Part shown: positions 1-8,878 of the stretch, in pieces
Layout: each line of letters begins with the position of its first letter
Numbering within the stretch: position 1 is the first letter of the stretch
Source of the DNA: an uncultured Nitrospirota bacterium
Lineage (GTDB): Bacteria; Nitrospirota; Nitrospiria; JACRHA01
Assembly (NCBI GenBank): GCA_964481895.1
Contig: CAYZUL010000003.1
Span: forward strand, 9,294 to 73,293
Length of the DNA stretch: 64,000 nucleotides
Direction of reading: 5' to 3'
Translations under genes and position numbers: made by a program
Notes under the pieces: model-generated
Seen by the model: only the letters and a program-made list of their open reading frames with translations
Database searches by the model: none
What the model was told of the DNA's origin: nothing

Positions 1-527
1 ATGAAAACGATATTGACAACGAATCTCACCTTGTGCTCCTGAAGGGAGAGATTAACCCTGATGATCCGATACTTGTGAGGGTGCACTCAGGGTGTCTGAC
101 AGGGGACGTCTTCGGCTCCAAAAGGTGTGATTGCGGTGAACAACTGCACAAATCTATGGAGATGATTGCGAAAGAGGGCAGCGGGGTTATCCTCTACATG
201 CATCAGGAGGGGAGAGGGATCGGTCTTTTAAACAAGATCAAGGCCTATGGCCTTCAGGATGATGGCATGGATACCGTTGAAGCAAACCTGGAGCTCGGGT
301 TCAAGCCGGATCTGAGGGATTATGGGATCGGTGCCCAGATACTGGTAGACCTCGGAATCAGGAAGTTGAGGCTGATGACGAACAACCCGAGGAAGATAGT
401 GGGGCTTGAGGGTTATGGCCTTTCGATATTAGAGAGGGTTGCGATTGAGATGCCTCCCCATGAAAAAAATCTCCACTATTTGAGGACAAAGAAGCAGAAA
501 TTGGGGCATATCCTAAATAAGGTATAA
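1..527 (+). CDS. ribA: GTP cyclohydrolase II domain, 3' part of a riboflavin gene (likely bifunctional RibBA); 5' end lies outside the window
   Basis: The frame is open from nt 1 ([45 protein letters not shown]...), a typical RibA zinc/GTP-binding core. It is followed by ribH. Confidence 0.85.
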   Translation, partial: ENDIDNESHLVLLKGEINPDDPILVRVHSGCLTGDVFGSKRCDCGEQLHKSMEMIAKEGSGVILYMHQEGRGIGLLNKIKAYGLQDDGMDTVEANLELGFKPDLRDYGIGAQILVDLGIRKLRLMTNNPRKIVGLEGYGLSILERVAIEMPPHEKNLHYLRTKKQKLGHILNKV

Positions 528-551
528 AGCATAGAGGCCGAAGGAGAAATA

Positions 552-1019
552 ATGCCAAAGGTAGTGGAAGGTTCGATTATAGGAAAGGGGTTACGATTCG
601 GTATTGTTGTAAGCAGATTTAACGACTTTATATCAGATAAACTCCTGAATGGTGCAGTGGATGCCCTGACAAGGAGTGGGGCAAAAGGAGATGACATAGA
701 GATCACAAAAGTGCCTGGGTCCTTTGAGATCCCACTTGTTGCCAAGAAGATGGCCCAGACAGGCAAGTATGATGCGATAATCTGTCTTGGTGCAATCATA
801 AGGGGTGCGACCCCGCATTTTGAATATCTCTCCGCAGAAGTAACAAAGGGTATTGCCCAGATTTCATTAGACCTCACCTTCCCTATAGCATATGGGATCA
901 TCACTTCAGATAATCTTGAACAAGCGATAGAACGGGCCGGTACTAAGTCGGGCAATAAGGGATGGGATGCGGCACTCTCCGCTATAGAGATGGTGAATCT
1001 CTTTAAGAACCTGAAATAG
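552..1019 (+). CDS. ribH: 6,7-dimethyl-8-ribityllumazine synthase
   Basis: 155 aa. GIVVSRFN...VPGSFEIP...[14 protein letters not shown] lumazine synthase signature. RBS GGAGAAATAATG. Confidence 0.92.
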   Translation: MPKVVEGSIIGKGLRFGIVVSRFNDFISDKLLNGAVDALTRSGAKGDDIEITKVPGSFEIPLVAKKMAQTGKYDAIICLGAIIRGATPHFEYLSAEVTKGIAQISLDLTFPIAYGIITSDNLEQAIERAGTKSGNKGWDAALSAIEMVNLFKNLK

Positions 1020-1036
1020 CAACGTATTGTAGACAA

Positions 1037-1507
1037 ATGGTATCTGGTATGAGATTAAGAAGAAAGGGAAGGGAATATGCACTGCAGCTTCTCTTTCAGT
1101 TTGATCTTAGCAGGGATGCCGAGGGGCTTTTTGATGGCTTCTGGCAGGGAAAAATCCTCCCTCTCCAGCTGATTGAGTTTACCGATATGCTGGTAAAAGG
1201 GGCTATAGTGCACCTTGCCATGATAGACAGGAAGATCATATCTAATGCCGAGAACTGGAGTCTCGACAGGATGGCGACAGTCGACCGGAACATCCTTAGG
1301 CTTGCAATCTACGAGCTGTTGTATCTGGATGATATCCCTTCAAAGGTAACTATAAATGAGGCGATCGAAATATCAAAGCGTTTCGGGGCAGAAGAATCGG
1401 GCTCTTTTATCAATGGGATACTTGACAGGATAGTTCAGTCTGATGAGAGGTTGATTAACAAGGCGGGAGGCATTAAGAGGATCGTTGGTACGGGTGGTGG
1501 CTCTTAA
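1037..1507 (+). CDS. nusB: transcription antitermination factor NusB
   Basis: 156 aa. REYALQLLFQFDL...DRNILRLAIYELLY...INGILDR NusB motifs. Classic ribH-nusB order. Confidence 0.9.
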   Translation: MVSGMRLRRKGREYALQLLFQFDLSRDAEGLFDGFWQGKILPLQLIEFTDMLVKGAIVHLAMIDRKIISNAENWSLDRMATVDRNILRLAIYELLYLDDIPSKVTINEAIEISKRFGAEESGSFINGILDRIVQSDERLINKAGGIKRIVGTGGGS

Positions 1508-1973
1508 AGAGAAGATAACCAGGATAAGGTTTGACATAATCGTTCTTGGTTTCCTCAAAGATGTAAGGCCGTTAAAGGGCATCATGGCTAATATCGACTG
1601 GATATATTCCGGGGCTATATCAAGGATGATCATAGAGGAAAAGATTTCGGGTTCGGGGGGTGAGGCGCTACTAATGGCGACCGGAGATAAGATGAAGACC
1701 CCGAGGGTTCTCCTCCTGGGACTGGGAGAGACGGCAAATTATTCCTATAATACCATCCTTAGACTCTCCTCTGAGATCGCCGACAGGCTGAGGGAGTTAA
1801 AATTGTCTGGTGGGGCATTTGAGATTCCTGATCTCCCAGGGTCAAGATTGGACAGAGCCAGATCCTTCGATACCTTTATTTCCGGATTTACGGGAGATAA
1901 TACCATGGATATAACTATGCTTGTTAGGGATGATGAGACAGCTGAAGAACTGGAGGAGAGGATCCCTATATGA
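1485..1973 (+). CDS. hypothetical protein; start uncertain (alternative ATG at 1584)
   Basis: 162-aa ORF in the operon between nusB and purB. No confident family assignment. It overlaps the nusB 3' end by 23 nt if the first ATG is used. Confidence 0.45.
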   Translation: MVRVVALKEKITRIRFDIIVLGFLKDVRPLKGIMANIDWIYSGAISRMIIEEKISGSGGEALLMATGDKMKTPRVLLLGLGETANYSYNTILRLSSEIADRLRELKLSGGAFEIPDLPGSRLDRARSFDTFISGFTGDNTMDITMLVRDDETAEELEERIPI

Positions 1974-3265
1974 TAGACAGGTATTCACTCCCTAAAATGA
2001 AGGCGATTTGGGAGCCTGAAAACAAGTTTAAGGCCTGGCTTAAGGTCGAGATACTGGTTTGCGAGGGACAGGCAAGCATAGGGATGATACCTTCCGGTGT
2101 GGCGGAGCGGATAAAAGATAAAGCCCGGGTAGATGTAAGGCGGATAGACAGGATAGAAGAGACGGTAAAGCACGACGTAATAGCCTTTTTGGGTGCCATA
2201 TCAGAAGGTCTCGGGGATGATGCCAAATATATCCATAAGGGGGTTACTTCGTCAGATATTATAGACACTGCCCTGGCGCTGCAGATGAAGGAGGCCGCAG
2301 ATATCATCATTGATGACTTAAAACGCCTGCTTCAAATTTTAAAGGACAAGGCAATAAAATATAAGGAAACGGTGATGATAGGCAGGTCCCACGGTATACA
2401 TGGGGAACCGATTACATTCGGTTTTAAGATGGCCCTCTGGCATGAGGAGGTTTGGAGGAATTTTAAAAGGATGGAGGCTGCAAAAGAGGCCATAAGCTAC
2501 GGGAAGATATCCGGTGCCATGGGGACGTTTGCACACCTTCCGCCTTCAGTGGAGGAATATGTTATGAGAGGGCTTGGATTAAAGCCGGATCCTATCTCAA
2601 GCCAGATAATACAACGTGACCGGCATGCCCAATATTTAACAACCCTTGCAATAATTGCGGGCAGCATAGATAAGTTTGCTACAGAGATCAGGCACCTCCA
2701 GAGGACAGAGGTGCTTGAGGCGGAAGAATTTTTTTCCGAGGGACAGCGGGGTTCATCGGCAATGCCCCACAAGAGAAACCCCGTATCATGCGAGAACCTA
2801 TCGGGTCTTGCAAGGATCGTCAGGGCAAATTCCATTGCCTCCCTCGAAGACATACCTCTATGGCATGAAAGGGATATAAGCCATTCCTCTGTCGAAAGGG
2901 TAATTATACCTGACAGTACTGTTATTATGGACTATATGATTAATAAGTTTACAGACATCCTTGATAAACTGACAGTATATCCTGCCAATATGAAGAAAAA
3001 CCTTGAGCTGACCGGAGGGCTTATCTATTCAGAGCGGGTAATGCTCGAGCTTCTCAAGAATGGTTTGGACAAAGACACGGCATACAGGAAGGTCCAGTCC
3101 CATGCCATGGCAGCGTGGAAGGGGATCGGAAAGTTTATGAGCCTGCTGGCAGATGATCCGGAGGTCAGAAAATACCTGACATACGAGGAGATATCAGACT
3201 GTTTTGAAAATGGATATTATCTGAAAAATATAGATGAGATATACCGTAGGGTATTTGGAAGGTAG
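1970..3265 (+). CDS. purB: adenylosuccinate lyase
   Basis: 431 aa. The N-terminus MIDRYSLPKMKAIWEPENKF and the fumarate-lyase signature (GSSAMPHKRNP) identify it. Confidence 0.95.
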   Translation: MIDRYSLPKMKAIWEPENKFKAWLKVEILVCEGQASIGMIPSGVAERIKDKARVDVRRIDRIEETVKHDVIAFLGAISEGLGDDAKYIHKGVTSSDIIDTALALQMKEAADIIIDDLKRLLQILKDKAIKYKETVMIGRSHGIHGEPITFGFKMALWHEEVWRNFKRMEAAKEAISYGKISGAMGTFAHLPPSVEEYVMRGLGLKPDPISSQIIQRDRHAQYLTTLAIIAGSIDKFATEIRHLQRTEVLEAEEFFSEGQRGSSAMPHKRNPVSCENLSGLARIVRANSIASLEDIPLWHERDISHSSVERVIIPDSTVIMDYMINKFTDILDKLTVYPANMKKNLELTGGLIYSERVMLELLKNGLDKDTAYRKVQSHAMAAWKGIGKFMSLLADDPEVRKYLTYEEISDCFENGYYLKNIDEIYRRVFGR

Positions 3266-3277
3266 ATACCCACGGGC

Positions 3278-3425
3278 AAGGCGAGCATGAGGGGGAGGCT
3301 CCGATGCGGCTTTCGCCATCGGAGGGGGCGACGCAAGCCCCTTTAGATCTATCCAGCAAGCAAAGCGAGCGTTGAGGGGGAGGCTCCATCAGGCTTTGCC
3401 TGTGGAGGGGGCGACGCAAGCCCCT
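3278..3425. repeat. GC-rich intergenic repeat, copy A (two tandem ~65-80-nt units, forward orientation)
   Basis: Units contain GAGGGGGAGGC...GGCTTTGCC...GGAGGGGGCGACGCAAGCCCCT. The same family recurs at 14553-14774, 34899-34994 and 41096-41233. Confidence 0.8.
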
Positions 3426-3447
3426 ATAAATAGAGGAGGATGTTCAA

Positions 3448-3702
3448 TTGAAGGCTCATGTGTATGTTACCTTGAAGAGGGGGATCCTGGATCCGGCGGG
3501 AAAGGCCGTTTTGTCCTCTCTGGAATCGCTGGGATACAAGGGTATATCGCAGGTAAGGATCGGGAAGTATATGGAGATAGACATAGAAGGTCGGTCAAAG
3601 GCTGAGGCGGAGAAGGATATAAAGGATATGTGCGAAACACTCCTCGCAAATACTACCATAGAGGACTATTCTTTTGAAATGGATGATAAAAAGGATTCTT
3701 GA
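3448..3702 (+). CDS. purS: phosphoribosylformylglycinamidine synthase subunit PurS
   Basis: 84 aa. PurS fold sequence KAHVYVTLKRGILDPAGKAV. TTG start at 3448 with RBS AGGAGGA at 3434-3440. Confidence 0.85.
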   Translation: MKAHVYVTLKRGILDPAGKAVLSSLESLGYKGISQVRIGKYMEIDIEGRSKAEAEKDIKDMCETLLANTTIEDYSFEMDDKKDS

Positions 3703-4850
3703 TGAGCCTTGAAGGACGACTGGAAGATCTGGGTCTTCCGGATATCTTCCAGATTATCGGTTTGAGTAAGAGGTCAGGGGCTTTGACCATAGTGAGGCAG
3801 GAAGGCACAGGGAGGCTTGTCTTCTGCCTGGGTCAGGTCGTTTATGCCAGCTCTGATAATAAAAGCAGGCTTGGTTATACCCTTGTAAAAAAAGGTCTTA
3901 TTTCCAATAAGGACCTTGAGAATGCCTTGAAAACCCAGAAGTTGAAGGGCGTTAAAAAACCTATAGGCACGATCCTGCTCGATGCCGGTGCGATAGACAG
4001 GAACATACTTGAAAAGGAGATAAGAAACCATGTTGTGGAGGTGGTAAGAGATCTTATGACATGGGAGAGCGGTTCTTTCCACTTTGAGCTTGGCGATCTG
4101 GTAGAGGGAGATGTTGCACTCAAATCTGGTATCAATCCGGAATTTCTCCTCCTTGAAAGCGCAAGGATTACGGATGAAGAAAAGAGAGAAAAGGAGAAGG
4201 CTCATGAGGTCAAGACTGAGACCCGGGTGATCAAGGAGAAAGAGGTGTCTGGAATTACAGCGACTGAACCCGTTACTGCTCAGTCTCAGACTAAACCTTT
4301 ACCGCAGGGGAGGAAGGACCTTGTCCTCCTTACATCAATGATCGCAGAACTCTCTGGACCGTCGACAAGCAGTGAGATCACACTTCTGATCCTCAGGTTT
4401 GCGAGTGAGTTAATGAATAGGGCGGTGCTCTTCCTGGTAAAGAAGGAGTATATTGCGGGACTTGGCCAGTTCGGAATTGTATTCAAGGAGGGATCTGCGG
4501 ATGTCAGGATAAGGGATGTGAAGATCCCGCTTAATGAAGAATCCTTACTCAGGGATGTTATAGAAAAAAAGACTACATTTAAAGGCCAACTTCCTTCTGG
4601 AGGATGGAATGACTATCTTGTTGAACAACTCGAATGTGAAAGACCTATCGAGGTATTCGTATCCCCTCTGATCAGCGACGGAAAGGTAATAGGACTTCTT
4701 TACGGTGACAATTTCCCGAACCGGGAAAGGATCGCTGAGACTGATGGACTTGAGGCCTTTATTAAGGTTTCAGGTGTGGCATTTGGCAAGGTGCTTCTGG
4801 AAAGGAGATTGCAGGAAACGAGGACACCGGAGCCGTCTGCAGGAAGGTAG
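3699..4850 (+). CDS. DUF4388-like N-domain + MshEN-type c-di-GMP-binding motifs + C-terminal GAF-like domain protein
   Basis: 383 aa. N-terminus LEGRLEDLGLPDIFQIIGLSKRSGALTI (DUF4388-like). RLGYTLVKKGLISNKDLENALKTQ matches the 24-aa MshEN motif (RLGxxLhxxGhhxxxxLxxxLxxQ), and a second degenerate copy is PIGTILLDAGAIDRNILEKEIRNH. The C-terminal ~150 aa are homologous to the C-terminus of the 22625-23641 protein (shared ...LYGDN... block). Confidence 0.6.
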   Translation: MMSLEGRLEDLGLPDIFQIIGLSKRSGALTIVRQEGTGRLVFCLGQVVYASSDNKSRLGYTLVKKGLISNKDLENALKTQKLKGVKKPIGTILLDAGAIDRNILEKEIRNHVVEVVRDLMTWESGSFHFELGDLVEGDVALKSGINPEFLLLESARITDEEKREKEKAHEVKTETRVIKEKEVSGITATEPVTAQSQTKPLPQGRKDLVLLTSMIAELSGPSTSSEITLLILRFASELMNRAVLFLVKKEYIAGLGQFGIVFKEGSADVRIRDVKIPLNEESLLRDVIEKKTTFKGQLPSGGWNDYLVEQLECERPIEVFVSPLISDGKVIGLLYGDNFPNRERIAETDGLEAFIKVSGVAFGKVLLERRLQETRTPEPSAGR

Positions 4851-4924
4851 AGTCATGCTTGTTATTGAGTTTCGTTGGTTAGGAGAGGCGAGTTAAGAGC
4901 CAACCCATAACTTAGAAATGAGGG

Positions 4925-5305
4925 TTGTCAGAGATGGAAAAAAGGGTTCTGATAGTAGAAGATTCAACTGCAATGAGATCCATGATTGCCTCTACAGTGG
5001 AAGAGATGAAAGGATATGTAACCGTAGAGGCGGCAAACGGCTTTGAGGCCTTAAGAATCATACCAAAGGAAAGATTTGATCTGATTATAACTGATATAAA
5101 CATGCCCCATATAAATGGGCTTGAGATCATATCCTTCGTAAAGAATCATCCCTCCTTTAACTCTATCCCCATTATCATTGTTACCACTGAGCAGTCAGAG
5201 GAAGACAGGAAGAAGGGTATTTCCCTTGGGGCATCTGAATATGTCATAAAACCATTCAATCCGGATCATCTAAAAAAGGTAGTAAAGAAGGTATTGGGAG
5301 AATAG
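4925..5305 (+). CDS. cheY: CheY-like response regulator receiver protein
   Basis: 126 aa, single REC domain (VLIVEDS...DLIITDINMP...ASEYVIKPF). Confidence 0.85.
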   Translation: MSEMEKRVLIVEDSTAMRSMIASTVEEMKGYVTVEAANGFEALRIIPKERFDLIITDINMPHINGLEIISFVKNHPSFNSIPIIIVTTEQSEEDRKKGISLGASEYVIKPFNPDHLKKVVKKVLGE

Positions 5306-5314
5306 GGCGAATTC

Positions 5315-7330
5315 ATGGGGTCAGAGTCCTTAAGTTCTGTTATCGCTGAAGCAGAAGAGATAATCGACGGATTAAATCAGAATCTCTTGGCCATGGAGGC
5401 CTCTGATAAATCCAACGTAAAGCCGGATCTTCTGAATAGCGTCTTCAGGGCAGCACATACTTTGAAGGGTATTTCGGGTATGGCTGGGCTCAGGAAGGTT
5501 TCAGATCTGAGTCACAGGATGGAAGAACTCCTGGACGGCCTCCGTATGGGCCGCCTGAGACTTACTGGTAAACTCCTTGATACGCTCTTTGAATCAGTTG
5601 ACACTCTGAGAAGATTGCTGGAGATGGCAAGTTCCGGTTCAGGGGACGATATGGATATTACCCCTGTACTGAAAAAGATCGAGGCAGCGGCTTCCGGCGG
5701 GCCAGACACGGAGTCTTCTTCTGTCCCTGCCGGGGTTGAATTGAACCAGGACATCTATAAGGTACTTACCGAATATGAGACGCACAGGCTAAACGAAAAT
5801 ATAAAGTCAGGAATGGGCCTTTATGAGATTAAGGCGCGGTTCAAGTTTGAAAGCTTCGATAAGGATCTGGTTGACCTTAATAAAAAGCTGCAGGAAATAG
5901 GAGAGATAATTACAACGCTCCCGTCAACAGGGATGTCACCTGAATCGGGTATCGAATTTAACCTAATAATAGGCACTGGTAAGGATCATCTAAGCATACA
6001 GAATGCCCTTGATGGAGAATCTGTAGAGATCAGGAGGATAGGAGGAGGAAAAATAAAGGCGGCGCAGACAGAGAAGGACGAGGAGGCTCCTCCGCAGTCT
6101 ATCCGGGGAGATGCTACTGAATCTATCAAAAGCCTCGCAAAGACCATAAGGGTGGATATAGCAAAACTTGACAGCCTCCTGAATATGGTGGGCGAGCTGG
6201 TCCTTACAAAATCGGTAATCAGCCGTATCAGCAAGGATCTGCTCATGGAGGGGGAGAGGGCAATAGATGTATCAGAACTCCAGAAGGCATCCCAGGATCT
6301 TGACAGAAAGGTGAGCATGCTGCAAGGGGAACTGGTAGAGGCCAGGATGATCCCCATTGGTCAGGTCTTCGAAAGGCTGCTCAGGATCGTCAGGAAGATC
6401 TCTAAAGAACTAAACAAGGAGGTTACCCTCCTGATTTCAGGTGAAGAAACAAAACTGGACAAGTCTATGGTAGAGGAGATAGCCGATCCCCTTATGCACC
6501 TGGTCAGGAATGCAATCGATCACGGGATAGAGGGAAAGGAGGAGCGCCTCAATGGCGGAAAGCCTGAGGCCGGAACCATAAAATTGTCTGCTCAACAGAA
6601 AGGTAACAGCGTTGTTGTGGAGGTTGAGGATGACGGTTCAGGGGTTGACCTTTCAAAGGTATATAAGAAGGCCCTCGAGCGGGGATTATTAGAGGAAAGT
6701 AAGGAGTATGGCCAAAAAGAGCTTTTCAGTTTCTTATTCCTCCCGGGTTTTACTACAAAGGAGGAGGTCACAGATATCTCTGGAAGAGGAGTCGGCCTTG
6801 ATGTGGTGGCCAAAAACATAGGGAAGCTGGGCGGTATGGTGGATATGGACACAGAGCTTGGAAAAGGGACAAAATTCACCCTGACGCTCCCTATTACAAT
6901 GGTAATCATTAAGGCCCTGATAGTAAGCGTAGGGGAGGAGACTTTTGCCATACCCATAAATTCTGTCTCCGAATCGCTTATGATCAAAAAGGGCGATATC
7001 AGGACCGTGGAGAAACATGGTGTTATCCAACTCCGTGACCGAACCCTCTCACTCCTCTGGTTGAGGGAGATATTTGCTCTTCCCTCCAAAGAAGAGAGCG
7101 AAAGGATATATGTTATAGTTGTTGGGCTGGCTGAAAAGAGGCTGGGACTGATAGTTGATGCCATAGAAGGCCAGCAGGAGGTAGTTATTAAATCTATAGG
7201 GAAGATCCTGAAGGATATCCCCGGGATTGCAGGCGCAACGGAGTTGGGAAACAGAAAGACCATCCTTGTCCTTGATATAGGCGCCCTGATAGATGAAGCA
7301 ACCTCGGTATCTTCAAGGCCGGTCAAGTAA
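5315..7330 (+). CDS. cheA: chemotaxis histidine kinase CheA
   Basis: 671 aa. Hpt domain (AAHTLKGISGMAGL), dimerisation domain, HATPase_c (DDGSGVD...GRGVGLDVV) and C-terminal CheW-like domain. Confidence 0.9.
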   Translation: MGSESLSSVIAEAEEIIDGLNQNLLAMEASDKSNVKPDLLNSVFRAAHTLKGISGMAGLRKVSDLSHRMEELLDGLRMGRLRLTGKLLDTLFESVDTLRRLLEMASSGSGDDMDITPVLKKIEAAASGGPDTESSSVPAGVELNQDIYKVLTEYETHRLNENIKSGMGLYEIKARFKFESFDKDLVDLNKKLQEIGEIITTLPSTGMSPESGIEFNLIIGTGKDHLSIQNALDGESVEIRRIGGGKIKAAQTEKDEEAPPQSIRGDATESIKSLAKTIRVDIAKLDSLLNMVGELVLTKSVISRISKDLLMEGERAIDVSELQKASQDLDRKVSMLQGELVEARMIPIGQVFERLLRIVRKISKELNKEVTLLISGEETKLDKSMVEEIADPLMHLVRNAIDHGIEGKEERLNGGKPEAGTIKLSAQQKGNSVVVEVEDDGSGVDLSKVYKKALERGLLEESKEYGQKELFSFLFLPGFTTKEEVTDISGRGVGLDVVAKNIGKLGGMVDMDTELGKGTKFTLTLPITMVIIKALIVSVGEETFAIPINSVSESLMIKKGDIRTVEKHGVIQLRDRTLSLLWLREIFALPSKEESERIYVIVVGLAEKRLGLIVDAIEGQQEVVIKSIGKILKDIPGIAGATELGNRKTILVLDIGALIDEATSVSSRPVK

Positions 7331-7440
7331 TCCTCAGCTGTACCGTTGAATTTAACAAAAAAATTACATCCACTTAACACAATATTAACTGTAAGGCTAT
7401 ATAGTAGTAGCATCAGACCATTAAAGATGAGGTTGGTCAG

Positions 7441-8103
7441 ATGAAGAATAATTCCGGCCTTGAAGAGATTGATGTATTGCGGAAATCTAGGGACTTTCTT
7501 CAGACTGTCATAGACAACATTGCTGACCCAACAATGGTGACCGATGTCAACTACCATATACTCCTTGCCAACAAGGCCATTAAAAAAACATTTGACGGGA
7601 GGAGGGACCCTGTAGCCGAACATCTTAGTTGCTTTGAGGTCATACATCGCCTGGACAGGCCCTGTCCTGTTGCATGCCCTGGTGCATACCCATGTCCGGT
7701 GAATGAGGTCATTTCTACCTTGATGCCTTCAAGGGTAGTGCATACCCTTCACGATTCATTGGATAATGAAATCTTTATGGAGATAATGGTCTCCCCTATT
7801 TTTGACGAGACAGGGGAGATTGTTAAGATTGTTGAGTCTTTCCGCGATATCACTAAGTATATTAAAGAGGAGGAAAAGCTGGAAGATCTTGTTTTTGATC
7901 TTCAGAATGCCCTTGCTAAAGCCAAGAGGTTGGCCGGCCTCCTCCCAATCTGCATGACATGTAAAAGGATAAGAAGTGAGAAGGGGGCTTGGGAGAATAT
8001 TGAGGTTTATATAAGGAATCACTCTGAGGCCGAGTTTACCCATGGTCTCTGCCCGGAATGTGAGAAGAAGATATATGGTTTTCGGAATGTAAGGGAGCAA
8101 TAA
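7441..8103 (+). CDS. PAS-domain sensor protein with C-terminal Cys-rich (CxxC...CPEC) module
   Basis: 220 aa. PAS-like N-terminus, then LPICMTCKRIRSEKGAWENIEVYIRNHSEAEFTHGLCPECEKK, a conserved putative Zn-ribbon output module seen in PAS/REC proteins. Confidence 0.6.
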   Translation: MKNNSGLEEIDVLRKSRDFLQTVIDNIADPTMVTDVNYHILLANKAIKKTFDGRRDPVAEHLSCFEVIHRLDRPCPVACPGAYPCPVNEVISTLMPSRVVHTLHDSLDNEIFMEIMVSPIFDETGEIVKIVESFRDITKYIKEEEKLEDLVFDLQNALAKAKRLAGLLPICMTCKRIRSEKGAWENIEVYIRNHSEAEFTHGLCPECEKKIYGFRNVREQ

Positions 8104-8124
8104 GGGCTGCAACCGTCAGCCCTG

Positions 8125-8862
8125 CTAATATAATACCTTCTTTAGGTAAAGTCCCTGGGGAGGGAGGTTTGTCACAGCCATCCTTGGGTCTCTTGAGTTG
8201 AGGATCCCGACCGCATCTTCCGGTCTTATCCTTCCCCTTCCTGCCTCAACGAGTGTCCCCATAATTCGTCTTACCATATGGTGAAGAAATCTGTCAGCTT
8301 CCAAGGTTATAATGATTTCTCCGGAATATCTCTTCATTTTTATGGCCCTGAGATTGCAAAGATTTTTCTTCTTATCCTCATAACGTGAGGACGAGTAGGC
8401 TGAAAAGTCATGCAGGCCCAAAAAACATAATGACGCCTTGCGCATGATATTTATGTCGAGAAGATCATGCAACTGAAATGTATAATTCCTCCTAAGGCTG
8501 GATATATGCCCACCATCTATGATCCGATATTCATATACCTTTCCTTTTGCAGAATACCTTGCATGGAAGTCATCCGGTACGACTTCTACCCGAAGTACCA
8601 CTATGTCGGCCGGGAGGAGGGAGTTAAGGGCCTTCCTCCAGCTATCCGTATCAAGCCTGGAGCAATCCTTGAAACTTGCCACCTGTCCTGATGCGTGTAC
8701 ACCTGCATCTGTCCTGCCTGCACCAATGAGGGGGAGATATGACCCTGTGATCCTCTTTGTGACATCCTGGATTGTGCCTTGGATAGTCGGCAGGTCCGGT
8801 TGATACTGCCATCCATGGTAGTTTGTCCCGTCATACTCAATAAGCAATCTTATATTCTGCAT
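8125..8862 (-). CDS. truA: tRNA pseudouridine(38-40) synthase
   Basis: 245 aa. IEYDGTNYHGWQ...GAGRTDAGVHASGQV TruA signature with catalytic Asp. Confidence 0.9.
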   Translation of the reverse strand: MQNIRLLIEYDGTNYHGWQYQPDLPTIQGTIQDVTKRITGSYLPLIGAGRTDAGVHASGQVASFKDCSRLDTDSWRKALNSLLPADIVVLRVEVVPDDFHARYSAKGKVYEYRIIDGGHISSLRRNYTFQLHDLLDINIMRKASLCFLGLHDFSAYSSSRYEDKKKNLCNLRAIKMKRYSGEIIITLEADRFLHHMVRRIMGTLVEAGRGRIRPEDAVGILNSRDPRMAVTNLPPQGLYLKKVLY

Positions 8863-8878
8863 TTATGTGGGTCTTTCT

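Noticed and set aside
6592-7647. 351-aa minus-strand ORF
   Set aside because: It lies entirely antisense to cheA, is Ser/Thr/Pro-rich and low-complexity, and is typical of a shadow ORF in GC-biased coding sequence.
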